Virus record (IMG/VR): IMGVR_UViG_3300044991_002272
DNA: 64,000 bases
Direction: 5' to 3' (one strand)
Source of the DNA: a virus
The notes below the pieces were generated by a model. It was given only the letters and a program-made list of their open reading frames with translations, did not search any database and was not told the origin of the DNA. Positions 26,943 to 35,890 of the stretch are shown piece by piece (positions within the stretch are counted from its first letter, which is position 1; each line of letters begins with the position of its first letter). The translations under genes were made by a program, and so were the position numbers.

Positions 26943-27614
26943 CTATTTTTCCATCTTCTTTTTGTTTAGGTATGCTTGTCGACGAGCCTCTGACCAAAGT
27001 TTTCCTTTATGCGTTTGACTTATCAAGAGTTTACTCTCCTCTGTGTGTTTATAGATATGTCCTTCATGGCCTTTACGAATATTTTCAAGTGCTTGCCCTG
27101 TTCGTTTTGAACCCTTATAGGGGTTCGGCACTCCTTTTTTAGCTGCACTTATATTCTTACCACGTTCGGCTAGTTCTTCAGGAGTCATATTCACTTTGCA
27201 GCCTCTTTTTTGAGATGCAATTTTTTCAACATGTTCTGGACTCTTCTTTTTTCCTTTTGCTGCTAGACTCATTTTCTGTCTTGTTACTGTATTGTGAATC
27301 AACCCATAATTGGATTCTCCACCATCTGTCAGATTATGCAAGACACCAGTGCCGTTATCAAGACGACCCCAAAGCCTAATCAACTTCCTTTCCATGATAA
27401 GTGACCATAGTTCTGATAGATTACAAGCAACTATGACTATTCTCCATTTTTCTTTGGGAACTGGAACTCTATGTCTGCCATGCCAGGCTCTGTCGCCCTT
27501 GCCTTTACCAATATAATACGGTGTTCCTGCCTTACCATTTGCCGAATCTTTGATTCTCAAATAAGCGTAAACGTAATAATCTTCAGACAGAATTGTAGTG
27601 GGATAAATATCCAT
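26943..27614 (-). CDS. GIY-YIG homing endonuclease with NUMOD3 repeats
   Basis: YYVYAY...YYIGKG...R; NLTDGGE; KKSPEH and HTEESK NUMOD3-like motifs; true start ATG 27614. Confidence 0.9.
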   Translation of the reverse strand: MDIYPTTILSEDYYVYAYLRIKDSANGKAGTPYYIGKGKGDRAWHGRHRVPVPKEKWRIVIVACNLSELWSLIMERKLIRLWGRLDNGTGVLHNLTDGGESNYGLIHNTVTRQKMSLAAKGKKKSPEHVEKIASQKRGCKVNMTPEELAERGKNISAAKKGVPNPYKGSKRTGQALENIRKGHEGHIYKHTEESKLLISQTHKGKLWSEARRQAYLNKKKMEK

Positions 27615-27685
27615 GCTGTTGCTCCTCATAAGCGATAGAGCTGGTAGGTGTTGCAAGCACCGTGACCAGCAGCATGTATTTATCC
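27601..27685 (-). ncRNA. Structured cis-element A (three-way junction) over the promoter, RBS and start codon of the GIY-YIG gene
   Basis: GGATAAATA/TATTTATCC, CATGCT/AGCATG, GCTGGT/ACCAGC, CAC bulge, GGTG/CACC, GCT/AGC; covaries with element B. Confidence 0.75.
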
Positions 27686-27755
27686 ACTCCACAAATTATC
27701 ATACCGTCATAGAGAGTTCAAGTAAGGTGACATTGTCACCTTACTCTCAAGTTGA

Positions 27756-28829
27756 TCAGGCCTTGGCTTGTTGCCTACGACGTAGTGCAGCCAGAATGTC
27801 TTCTGGGCTAGTCATCTTCTTGGCTTCTCCACTTTCTGCAACGGGTGCAGTGGTTGAGGATACAGCTTTTGCACCGTCGAATGGTGCATCAGCAACATCA
27901 GCAGATGCTGATGGCGCTGTCACACTAATGTTACGGGGAGTAGTTGAGGGTTTGGAAAACCGTTTCTCTGCTCCGGCAACATCACGTGCCATAGATGAGC
28001 CAGAGTCGTTATCAGTTTGTAGGCCAAAAGGCTTGTAAAACTGTGCATACTTGTCTGGATCGTATGGCTTCTCATCAACTGAATCATGGAACATGTCCAT
28101 AATAACCTGCATGTGTGCCTCATCTGGACGCTTGGGCAGATAGTTGCTGAGAGCAAACAGCCCATATTGATCAATAGCTGAGCGTTCATCGTCACTCAGT
28201 GTTCGCTCACGACGTGCCCAAGAGCTGGTACCATAGTCAGCATACGCACCCTTGCTCCCCTTTACCAAACGGAAATCCAGCCCGTTGTCATAGTCAATGG
28301 GGTTGTTTTCAATCTCTTGGTCAAGAAACACTGTCTTGATGCGATCAAACACACTGGGATTGATCACAAAGCGCCGAATGGGATTTTCTGGAAGATTGGC
28401 TAGATCCTCAGGATTGGGATTCTGTGTCACAAAGCCCTGGAACAAAAATGACTTTTTGCGCCAATACTTGCGTGCCATGTCCTCCATTTCTTTGCCGCCC
28501 TTCCACCAGGGACGAATCTCTGCATTGATTGGGCAACTGCCAGGCTTCCACATGTCAACGCAAGGCACTTGCACTTCAATTGGACGACCAGTTGAAGCTT
28601 GACCTTTGATACTTGGGAAGGGAAGACGCGTGATCAGCCGTTCAACCCAAAAGAAATCATTACTGGTATCGCCGTCTGGAAGAAATCTAAGTGTTGCTGT
28701 GCTGCCGTCTGGATTGCTCCAGAAGGGATAATTTGCTTTATCCCCACCGCCGCCACCTGTACGAGCGCGGTCTTTTGAATTTTGTTGTTCAAGTAGTTTT
28801 TCACGAATTTGAGCTAATGATAGTGCCAT
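27756..28829 (-). CDS. T4 gp32-like ssDNA-binding protein
   Basis: LRFLPD...FFWVER, CPI, YWRKKS, DYDNGLDFRLVK...YADYGTS. Confidence 0.9.
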   Translation of the reverse strand: MALSLAQIREKLLEQQNSKDRARTGGGGGDKANYPFWSNPDGSTATLRFLPDGDTSNDFFWVERLITRLPFPSIKGQASTGRPIEVQVPCVDMWKPGSCPINAEIRPWWKGGKEMEDMARKYWRKKSFLFQGFVTQNPNPEDLANLPENPIRRFVINPSVFDRIKTVFLDQEIENNPIDYDNGLDFRLVKGSKGAYADYGTSSWARRERTLSDDERSAIDQYGLFALSNYLPKRPDEAHMQVIMDMFHDSVDEKPYDPDKYAQFYKPFGLQTDNDSGSSMARDVAGAEKRFSKPSTTPRNISVTAPSASADVADAPFDGAKAVSSTTAPVAESGEAKKMTSPEDILAALRRRQQAKA

Positions 28830-28882
28830 TGTATTTTTCTTTCTATGTGCCTATTAAAGTGTCTATATGTTTTCAGGATAGA

Positions 28883-28907
28883 GACAACAAAACACTGTTT
28901 TGTTGTC
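28883..28907. promoter_or_regulatory. Perfect 12-bp hairpin in the gp32 leader
   Basis: GACAACAAAACA-C-TGTTTTGTTGTC between TAAATA (28919-28924) and an A-rich leader. Confidence 0.6.
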
Positions 28908-28944
28908 ACTAACAAGCTTATTTAGTATTGATAGTTCTTACAAG

Positions 28945-30012
28945 TTATTTTTCTGATTTTTTCAATTGTTCAATTATTTCATCCAACTCTGCTGTCACAG
29001 CAGATGGATCGGCTTCAAAGCGGCTTTCCCACCCTGGAACATTTCTTTTCAAGTAGTCTAGGGTTTCATATTTGTTGCCATCACTTGCTACCCAAGCAGC
29101 TTTCACTTGGTCTGTTTTTGATTCATTTTCACTTATCTGGAGATCAAAACTTTCCAACCAACCCATCATGTCTTTAGCTTCACGGAAAGTCAATGGCAAT
29201 GATGTTGTAGGGTGTTTCCAATCAGTCAACATTTTTCTGGCCTTACTAACACCCTCATTGTAGGAGCGTGTTTCTGCCATTTGTCCCAAGAGCTTTTTGA
29301 TTTGTCCACGAGTTGTGCTGATTTCAGTCAGCAAGCTTGTGGACCCCAGTCTACGTGCCCGACGTTGAAGTGCACTCATGTTTTGTAGGGATTTGGTCAA
29401 ATCTTGAATCAAAGTTCCTTCAGCGTCGTGCATGGATTTTTGTTGGCTTAGATGCTGTGCCATAGCTTTAGCTCCCAGCACATGGTTCAACGGAAATTTA
29501 AATCTTTCTCCTGTTGGCGTGTGGAGCATGACCTGTTTGATTCTGCGCCAGCGTTGGGCTTGATCAAGATTGTCTTTGTGCCAAGGCCTTGAGTGTTTGA
29601 TTACAACCAAGACGCCATTGATGGGAAAATAGCTAGTGCGTGTGCTTCCACTCCAAGAATGAGTTTCTGTTACGTTCATGTGTTTAAAATGACGTGGCTC
29701 AAGCGTACGAGCAAAATGCTCTGTGTCAAAACTGAAGTCCCATGGATTGTGTCTCTTCAAGGCAAATTTGATATCCTTGAACCTTTTTTTGTCTGTTACA
29801 TCACTCGTATAAAATGTAACCAAGGGTTTAGGTGGCTTGCCTTTGGTATATCCTAGAGAAACCATCAACTTTTCATTGTTACTCCAAAGGCGATCGCTTT
29901 TCTTGGGATCAAAAACTTGATTGCCTTTTTCATCGTACATATAAATTTCATGACCCTTGCCACTCAAAACATCAAAAATCAATTGGGCCATCTCTTCATG
30001 AGGTGTTGCCAT
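28945..30012 (-). CDS. Hypothetical protein (head module)
   Basis: 355-aa ORF between terL and gp32. Confidence 0.7.
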   Translation of the reverse strand: MATPHEEMAQLIFDVLSGKGHEIYMYDEKGNQVFDPKKSDRLWSNNEKLMVSLGYTKGKPPKPLVTFYTSDVTDKKRFKDIKFALKRHNPWDFSFDTEHFARTLEPRHFKHMNVTETHSWSGSTRTSYFPINGVLVVIKHSRPWHKDNLDQAQRWRRIKQVMLHTPTGERFKFPLNHVLGAKAMAQHLSQQKSMHDAEGTLIQDLTKSLQNMSALQRRARRLGSTSLLTEISTTRGQIKKLLGQMAETRSYNEGVSKARKMLTDWKHPTTSLPLTFREAKDMMGWLESFDLQISENESKTDQVKAAWVASDGNKYETLDYLKRNVPGWESRFEADPSAVTAELDEIIEQLKKSEK

Positions 30013-30046
30013 ACTCTATCCCTTCTCTATTCCAATATTTAAGAGA

Positions 30047-31642
30047 TTACCAGATGCTAACAGCTATTGGCAAAGGCTCCATCAAATCATCAACCTCCAC
30101 TAAATCATTATTCCTGATTTGTGATGCTGTGCTGTCGTCCCATCTTGCTATAAGCTGACTCATTCTTACTATCATCAATAGTGCACTGACCAAGTCATCG
30201 TGTTCTCCACTTTTGGCTGCAAAGCTTCCGCCTTTGGTAACATAGTTTTTCAGTTCTGAGATCAAAGGCTTGCTCTTGATTTGGAGGCGATTGCCTTCTA
30301 TCAAACTTTTGAGTTTGGTTACAGCTTGATTCTTTGTGCGCCCATTTGTATTCAATCCTTTCCTGAACTTTGATCCACTTTGATTGGGTTCACTCATCAA
30401 TTGCGCTGGTACTACGTCCCATCCTGCTTCATTTAAAAGTTCAATAACAGCCTGCCCATAACTGTTGTTTTCAAATGTCCAGAATATTTCTGGTTCGCTT
30501 ATTTGCTGGGGTTGTGCTCGCATTTCTCGTTCGATGAAGCTGGTAATTTGCACAATCATTTTCAATTGTGTAGCAACATCACTGCGGTTATGCATCCATT
30601 CAGCAACCTGAGCCATTTCTGGCAATCGCCATACTTGTATAGCTGCTGAGTCCAAGCCCACGCCAGCTGATGGATCAAGGCTAATGAGATAAATGTTGTT
30701 GGCTTGAGGCTTTTCCCACCATCGTATATGGTTGGTTTTGAACAAGGGTTCAGTTGAAACCAGTCCTGCTAGACACTGACTGTCAATCAAGGTGCTGTCT
30801 GCTGTTAGGAACCGCAGTTCATATTCACGCTCAAACTTTTCATAACCAATTTTGGCACGCTCTTTTTTGGCCCAGTCTTCGTCTCGATCAGGATGTTGAT
30901 TCCATTTGGCAACAAATGCTTTGAATCCATTTGCTCCCAGTCCATCAGGCAGTTCGTTCCCAAATTCGTCAATTGTACGATTACTGCTATACCAAATTTG
31001 TGCAAATGGGTCCTCATCACTGTTGGGAGTGCTGGTGATAATGCATTTTCCTCCAGTGGCTAGAGTTGGGCTGATGGCACTCCAAAACTCTTCAGCAATT
31101 CGAGGCTTAACGAATGCCATCTCGTCCAAATATAACAAGCTGATGGATTTACCACGTCCTGTTGAAGGAGTAGTAGTAGCACTTTCAATCTTGCTGCCGT
31201 TGTCAAAAACAATCTTTTGCACGTTGTAGGTCACAACACCAGCTTTTAACCAGTCAGGAAGTTCTTCATAACTGAATTTGATGCGATCCATAATCTCGGT
31301 AGCTGCGCGAAAATTATTGGCAGCGATCAAAATATTCACATCTTTTTGGAACGTTGCGAACCATAACATGAAGCTGGCTGCTGTTTCTGTCTTCCCCAAC
31401 TGTCTTGAGCACATAGCTATAACTTGGCGGTTTTGCCAGTAGGTCAAAACCAAGTCTTTTTGATAGTCAAACAGTTTGAAGGGCACTCTGCCTTTGGTGC
31501 TATGTCGAATGTATATGTAGTTGTCTATAAAATACAAGGGATTGATAGCACACTTGAGGAACTCAGCCTCTTGGTGTGCATTCAGTCGCAACTGTTGGTG
31601 CGGCTTTTTTATTAGGACTGGATCAGTGTTATTTTGTAGCAT
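30047..31642 (-). CDS. terL: Terminase large subunit (gp17-like)
   Basis: LFDYQ, SRQLGKT, LYLDEMAF, TSTPN, SLDPSAG, HDDLV. Confidence 0.96.
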   Translation of the reverse strand: MLQNNTDPVLIKKPHQQLRLNAHQEAEFLKCAINPLYFIDNYIYIRHSTKGRVPFKLFDYQKDLVLTYWQNRQVIAMCSRQLGKTETAASFMLWFATFQKDVNILIAANNFRAATEIMDRIKFSYEELPDWLKAGVVTYNVQKIVFDNGSKIESATTTPSTGRGKSISLLYLDEMAFVKPRIAEEFWSAISPTLATGGKCIITSTPNSDEDPFAQIWYSSNRTIDEFGNELPDGLGANGFKAFVAKWNQHPDRDEDWAKKERAKIGYEKFEREYELRFLTADSTLIDSQCLAGLVSTEPLFKTNHIRWWEKPQANNIYLISLDPSAGVGLDSAAIQVWRLPEMAQVAEWMHNRSDVATQLKMIVQITSFIEREMRAQPQQISEPEIFWTFENNSYGQAVIELLNEAGWDVVPAQLMSEPNQSGSKFRKGLNTNGRTKNQAVTKLKSLIEGNRLQIKSKPLISELKNYVTKGGSFAAKSGEHDDLVSALLMIVRMSQLIARWDDSTASQIRNNDLVEVDDLMEPLPIAVSIW

Positions 31643-31644
31643 CT

Positions 31645-31890
31645 CTAATACAAGCGGAACAAATGGTCAACTGCTTCCAGTTTACGAGGTGTTTCTCCGC
31701 TGACACCCAATAATATTTCTTTTATCACTGCATCAATATTTTGTTTCCAGAATTGCAAGAACGCTTGTGTTCTCTGCAATTCTGGAACGTAGTCATCCAA
31801 CGTCCACACAAATTCCTGAATCAGGTGTTGATAATCAGGTCGATAATAAAAAATGTCCAGTGTTACTATTGTTGTGCGACGTATCAGCAT
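31645..31890 (-). CDS. Usg-like protein
   Basis: IFYYRPDYQHLIQEFVW..DD..PE......L.FW...ID matches the alphaproteobacterial Usg pattern. Confidence 0.7.
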   Translation of the reverse strand: MLIRRTTIVTLDIFYYRPDYQHLIQEFVWTLDDYVPELQRTQAFLQFWKQNIDAVIKEILLGVSGETPRKLEAVDHLFRLY

Positions 31891-31895
31891 GCAAA

Positions 31896-32636
31896 TTATC
31901 GATTTATGTGTTGCCGTTTGATATCAGTCAAAGGGCTTTCACTGCCGTCAGTGTCAGGTTCTTCAGTGTAGGGATCTTTCAAAAACTCATCACGTTTTGT
32001 AGCTGTTAGAGGGCTGGCCCGACCATCTGCATTTACACGCTGTTCACTTTCATTTATGAAGTCGTTGTAGGCTGCTACTAAACGGGCATGAATACTTTCA
32101 CGCATTTCTGATTTCAAAGCATTGCTGCCAAATCGCGCATTTGTCAAACGTTCAGGCAGATCGCCGCGTCCCTTGAAGTTATAGTCTTTTATGTCAAATT
32201 CTTTAGTTTCTTCAGTAGGGTCTTTGTGGCCATAATCATACTCAGCCTGTTGTTCCATAACAACTACCTCTGGAGACGTGGCATCTACGCCGCTGTCTCC
32301 ACAATCGCAAGGTCCTTGGCAGCCGCAAGCTTTTCCCACATCACAGTCGCAAGGGCCATCACAGCCACAAGCTTTAGATTGTGTCATATGAGAAACCCCA
32401 GCCAACTGCAACAAGCGCATAACATCGTCAGGCTCACAAGTGTTTACGGTCATGGAAGCAGCATCATTGGGATTTTGACTGGCAGATGTTATTGATGCAT
32501 TATATCTTTTGTCACTACCTTGCCCAGCCAGCTGCATCAACCTCATCACATCACCTGCATCGTCAGTGCTAACACTAGCACTCTTGCTGGGAATGTCTTT
32601 GGTTGAAATAGTTAAATTATATCGATTTGATTCCAT
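31896..32636 (-). CDS. Probable internal head protein with duplicated DVMRLxQLAG modules and a Cys-rich insert
   Basis: Two YN...DVMRL(M/L)QLAG modules; (KACGCxGPCDC)x2. Confidence 0.6.
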   Translation of the reverse strand: MESNRYNLTISTKDIPSKSASVSTDDAGDVMRLMQLAGQGSDKRYNASITSASQNPNDAASMTVNTCEPDDVMRLLQLAGVSHMTQSKACGCDGPCDCDVGKACGCQGPCDCGDSGVDATSPEVVVMEQQAEYDYGHKDPTEETKEFDIKDYNFKGRGDLPERLTNARFGSNALKSEMRESIHARLVAAYNDFINESEQRVNADGRASPLTATKRDEFLKDPYTEEPDTDGSESPLTDIKRQHINR

Positions 32637-32638
32637 AA

Positions 32639-33457
32639 TTACTTGCCTTTTCTGGGATGCCTGATTTCGTCAGCTTGCATGCTCATGGTTACTGTTTTCC
32701 CACTGCGATTTTTGCGTGCTGTGAAGTAGGTCTTGCTGTCGTCATCAAAATTTCCACTGCTAGTCAAAAATTTGCTGTCAACTGGCATTTTGTTGGATTT
32801 TTTGGATTTTGTTACAGGCTTTGGTGTATCATGCTTGTCGTTAAAATCTGCCAAGTCTTGAGTGGGTTCTTGCCGAGCAGCTTTCAATTCCTTAACTGAA
32901 ATGTGACTGCTGAGGGTTTCAAACTCTTGGGGTTTCCGAGAAGCTGCAACGTCTGCCAGATAACTGAGAAATTTTTTGTTGTATTTGTCCCCAAATGCGT
33001 CTTTGACAACTGGCTGTTCAGCATCTAGATATTCATTATCTGTGCTCAACAAGCTGGCTTTTTGTGTTAAACCTTTTTCATCAGCCATTTTGTCCAATAG
33101 GCTTAGGATTTGCATCTTTTGACTTTCAACTTCAATAGGCTCGTTGTCATTACGCACAACCAAAAACTTTTCAGGAATATTCAATGCAGCACGAAGTTCT
33201 TGTTGAAGAATGTATGCGCTGAAAGGGATGCCAATTACAGCATCAATATACCAAACATCAGCATTTTCAATGTCCCGGAACTCCATAGCATCTTGCTTGG
33301 GAGAGATCTTCACTGGAGTGCCAATGCTGATGAGGTTGTATCTACTTAACAGCCGCTCCATGTCATCCATATGCTCATCTGTGGGCGGAACCACCATTTT
33401 GATGCGGAAGTCGTATTGTTTTTGAGCTTCTTCCAAATATGTTTTGAAACTTTTCAT
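32639..33457 (-). CDS. Probable internal head protein
   Basis: True start MKSFKTYLEE, resembling the T4 capsid-targeting sequence MKTYQEFIAE; TAAATA upstream. Confidence 0.65.
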   Translation of the reverse strand: MKSFKTYLEEAQKQYDFRIKMVVPPTDEHMDDMERLLSRYNLISIGTPVKISPKQDAMEFRDIENADVWYIDAVIGIPFSAYILQQELRAALNIPEKFLVVRNDNEPIEVESQKMQILSLLDKMADEKGLTQKASLLSTDNEYLDAEQPVVKDAFGDKYNKKFLSYLADVAASRKPQEFETLSSHISVKELKAARQEPTQDLADFNDKHDTPKPVTKSKKSNKMPVDSKFLTSSGNFDDDSKTYFTARKNRSGKTVTMSMQADEIRHPRKGK

Positions 33458-33479
33458 AGCACTACTTTCAATTCTTCCT

Positions 33480-33941
33480 CTATTTAGTTTCTCTGCTGAA
33501 CTCTCGCAATTGTTCCAGCAATGCGTTACGGTCCAAAACTTTGATATTCCCTGTATCAACTTCCTCATTTTTATCTGGGAAAGCTTTTTCCAATTTCAAT
33601 CGGTCTAAATCCAATTTCAATTGTTTCAAACGTCGGTCCATTTTGCTGTTCCGGGCATCCAAGGCAACTTTCAGCATTGTTGCGCTGGCTGTGAAAATTT
33701 CCCCTGCGTGTCGCATTTCAACTGTCATGCCGAGATCATTTAAATTCTTGCCCCACTCTATCGCCAAACTGGCAATTTCGTTCATTTCATCGTCATGAAC
33801 TTCACCAGCATCTTGATCCTTGAATTCCTTAACCAAATCTTTTGCTTTCTCAAGACTGGTTTCCAACAACTCTTGAGGAGATATGCTGTCTTCCAGTCTA
33901 GGCAAGTCAAAAGTTTGTTCCAGTTGATCAAAACGTCCCAT
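33480..33941 (-). CDS. Probable terminase small subunit
   Basis: Helical 153 aa; RHAGEIFTASATML; C-terminal VLDRNALLEQL; position near gp4 and terL. Confidence 0.55.
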   Translation of the reverse strand: MGRFDQLEQTFDLPRLEDSISPQELLETSLEKAKDLVKEFKDQDAGEVHDDEMNEIASLAIEWGKNLNDLGMTVEMRHAGEIFTASATMLKVALDARNSKMDRRLKQLKLDLDRLKLEKAFPDKNEEVDTGNIKVLDRNALLEQLREFSRETK

Positions 33942-34375
33942 TACTTGCCTTTTTGCTTGAATATGCTGTCTTCATTCACAACTCTAAATTTCAAACCCTG
34001 TTTATTTGCCCAAGCAAATGCAGCAGCCCATTTTGCTGTATTCACAATTACAAACGCTTTATCTCTTTTGCTTTTGGCATTTTCCATCAAGGTTTCTTTT
34101 TTGGGCTTGATTTCAATCAGCTCACCTATGTTGTTACCAGCTTTGTCCTGATATACAATTAGGAAATCAGGCACATAGAGACTTTGTTTGCCTGTTAAGG
34201 GGTTTTTGTAGGGTATTTTGATAAATTCACTAGCCCATTGAATTATGCTGGGATGAGTATCAAAAAAATGCATGCATGCTAATTCCCAAGAACTACGGAA
34301 GGTAGGTGAGGGATTACCAACCACTTTTCCAGGATTTTTCGGTGTGAAGGTGCCTTGACTGTATTTTATTGCCAT
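33941..34375 (-). CDS. Head completion nuclease (T4 gp4/TnsA-like)
   Basis: QGTFTPKNPGK..FRSSWE...WASE..IPY....YVPDF...EIKP. Confidence 0.9.
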   Translation of the reverse strand: MAIKYSQGTFTPKNPGKVVGNPSPTFRSSWELACMHFFDTHPSIIQWASEFIKIPYKNPLTGKQSLYVPDFLIVYQDKAGNNIGELIEIKPKKETLMENAKSKRDKAFVIVNTAKWAAAFAWANKQGLKFRVVNEDSIFKQKGK

Positions 34376-34391
34376 GCATCTATTTAGAATC

Positions 34392-34880
34392 TTATGTTGT
34401 TTGTGCCAAAATCTTTGCGTTGAGCATCAAATTATTGACATACGGGGGATCAGGCGGCCCATTGTTGTAACCTATTTGACTTGCTGCTGATCGAAAAAAA
34501 TTCAAATTCTCCAACAGGTCTGGCGTCATCACACCGTTTTTGAACAAGCTCTGTGGATTTTTGTTTATGCTTTTTGCAGTTACCGCAGCAATAGCGCCAT
34601 AAGTGTTGCTGAGATTTTCAGGAACTGCTTGCCCTGAGAACATGCTTTTGGCGATCGCATAGTTTTCGGGATTGATTTGGAAACTGTTATCAAGTGGGCT
34701 ATTTTGTAAATCATATGCACTGGCATTGATGGGACGGTTTTGCAATTCACCTGTTGCGGGATTTTGAAACTGTCTTGTGCCTTGCACATTTACAACGATA
34801 CTTTCTTGACCAAAATTATTTGATTGATCAATCAAATTCCTGGTTATGAGATCTTGAACCATTAGATGAATCTCCCCCAT
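34392..34880 (-). CDS. Hypothetical tail/baseplate-associated protein
   Basis: ORF within the tail operon. Confidence 0.55.
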   Translation of the reverse strand: MGEIHLMVQDLITRNLIDQSNNFGQESIVVNVQGTRQFQNPATGELQNRPINASAYDLQNSPLDNSFQINPENYAIAKSMFSGQAVPENLSNTYGAIAAVTAKSINKNPQSLFKNGVMTPDLLENLNFFRSAASQIGYNNGPPDPPYVNNLMLNAKILAQTT

Positions 34881-35887
34881 CTACTCAATGCACTTGACCC
34901 CAGTCGCTGTGCGACTCTGCCCCCAATGCCTGTTATTCCACTTGCAGTTATGGCACGTGATCCAAGACTGCTCAACACCTGTCCCACAAAAGGTACGTTG
35001 CTGGCAACATTGTTGAGCAGCCCATCCAATGTGTTTTGAATGCTGTCATCCAATTCCAACAAAAAGGTGTTCACACCGCCAAACATGTCTGCAGGCTCAT
35101 AATAGTCACCGCCATCTAAATCAAATTTGCTGATCAATTCAGGAGTTAATTTATAAGCTACTTCCTCAAAAGCTACACCTTCATGCTTGACAGTCATGTT
35201 GATTGTGTTAAGGGCACTGCTTTCTGTTTCCAAGCTGTCAAACTCAAGACTGGACACTTTTGGATTGTATACTCGCATTTTGGTGTACTTGCCACCATAA
35301 AAGGTGTAAATGTCAAGACTTTCAAAAAAGTTAGTGTCAGGGCCTGGTTGTGGACTGAATCCCCAGCCACTTCCGATACTAAACTCTTTTTCAATTACGC
35401 TGCTTCGCCAAGCCACTGCATTGCCTATTCTACTATTAGGCCGCAGTCTTCCATCCCCAAAATACCAGTTGTAGTAATCTCTCCACACCCGTAATACTCG
35501 GTCATCAACAGTGTCGTGCAAAATGATATTCAAATCTGAATAGTCGATACCAGTGTAGACAACACGCTTACGATTGTATTGTTTTAGGATTTTAGCCTCA
35601 GGAGAGAATTTAGGCCTATCAATAGTTTTGATTTGGAAGGCAAATCCTGATTGCCAACTGCTGAATTCTCTCAAGGAGCTGATGGCAGGCCCAGCATTGA
35701 AGCTTGCATAAAACAAAAACTTTTGACGTGGCATTGCACTAATGACACGATTGGTTTTTGTATGTTTTGTAGCATACCTACTGTTGCGCAAGATCAAAGG
35801 GAGGCCGCGATAGTAGGTACGGCTTCCTGCTGATGCGCCTAGTTCATCAGAGGTTTGCTGTTGCGCTTGATCGGCTGCTAAAGGCAC
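34862..35887 (-). CDS. Tube-like baseplate protein (gp48/gp54-like)
   Basis: IDRPKF...QYNRKR......Y..LNIILHDT tube-fold pattern; follows the tube gene. Confidence 0.65.
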   Translation of the reverse strand: MPLAADQAQQQTSDELGASAGSRTYYRGLPLILRNSRYATKHTKTNRVISAMPRQKFLFYASFNAGPAISSLREFSSWQSGFAFQIKTIDRPKFSPEAKILKQYNRKRVVYTGIDYSDLNIILHDTVDDRVLRVWRDYYNWYFGDGRLRPNSRIGNAVAWRSSVIEKEFSIGSGWGFSPQPGPDTNFFESLDIYTFYGGKYTKMRVYNPKVSSLEFDSLETESSALNTINMTVKHEGVAFEEVAYKLTPELISKFDLDGGDYYEPADMFGGVNTFLLELDDSIQNTLDGLLNNVASNVPFVGQVLSSLGSRAITASGITGIGGRVAQRLGSSALSRWGRFI

Positions 35888-35890
35888 AGG

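Noticed and set aside
30047-31642. Intein or intron in terL, uvsX, uvsW or the major capsid gene
   Set aside because: Lengths are normal, motifs are contiguous, and no Hint blocks are visible.
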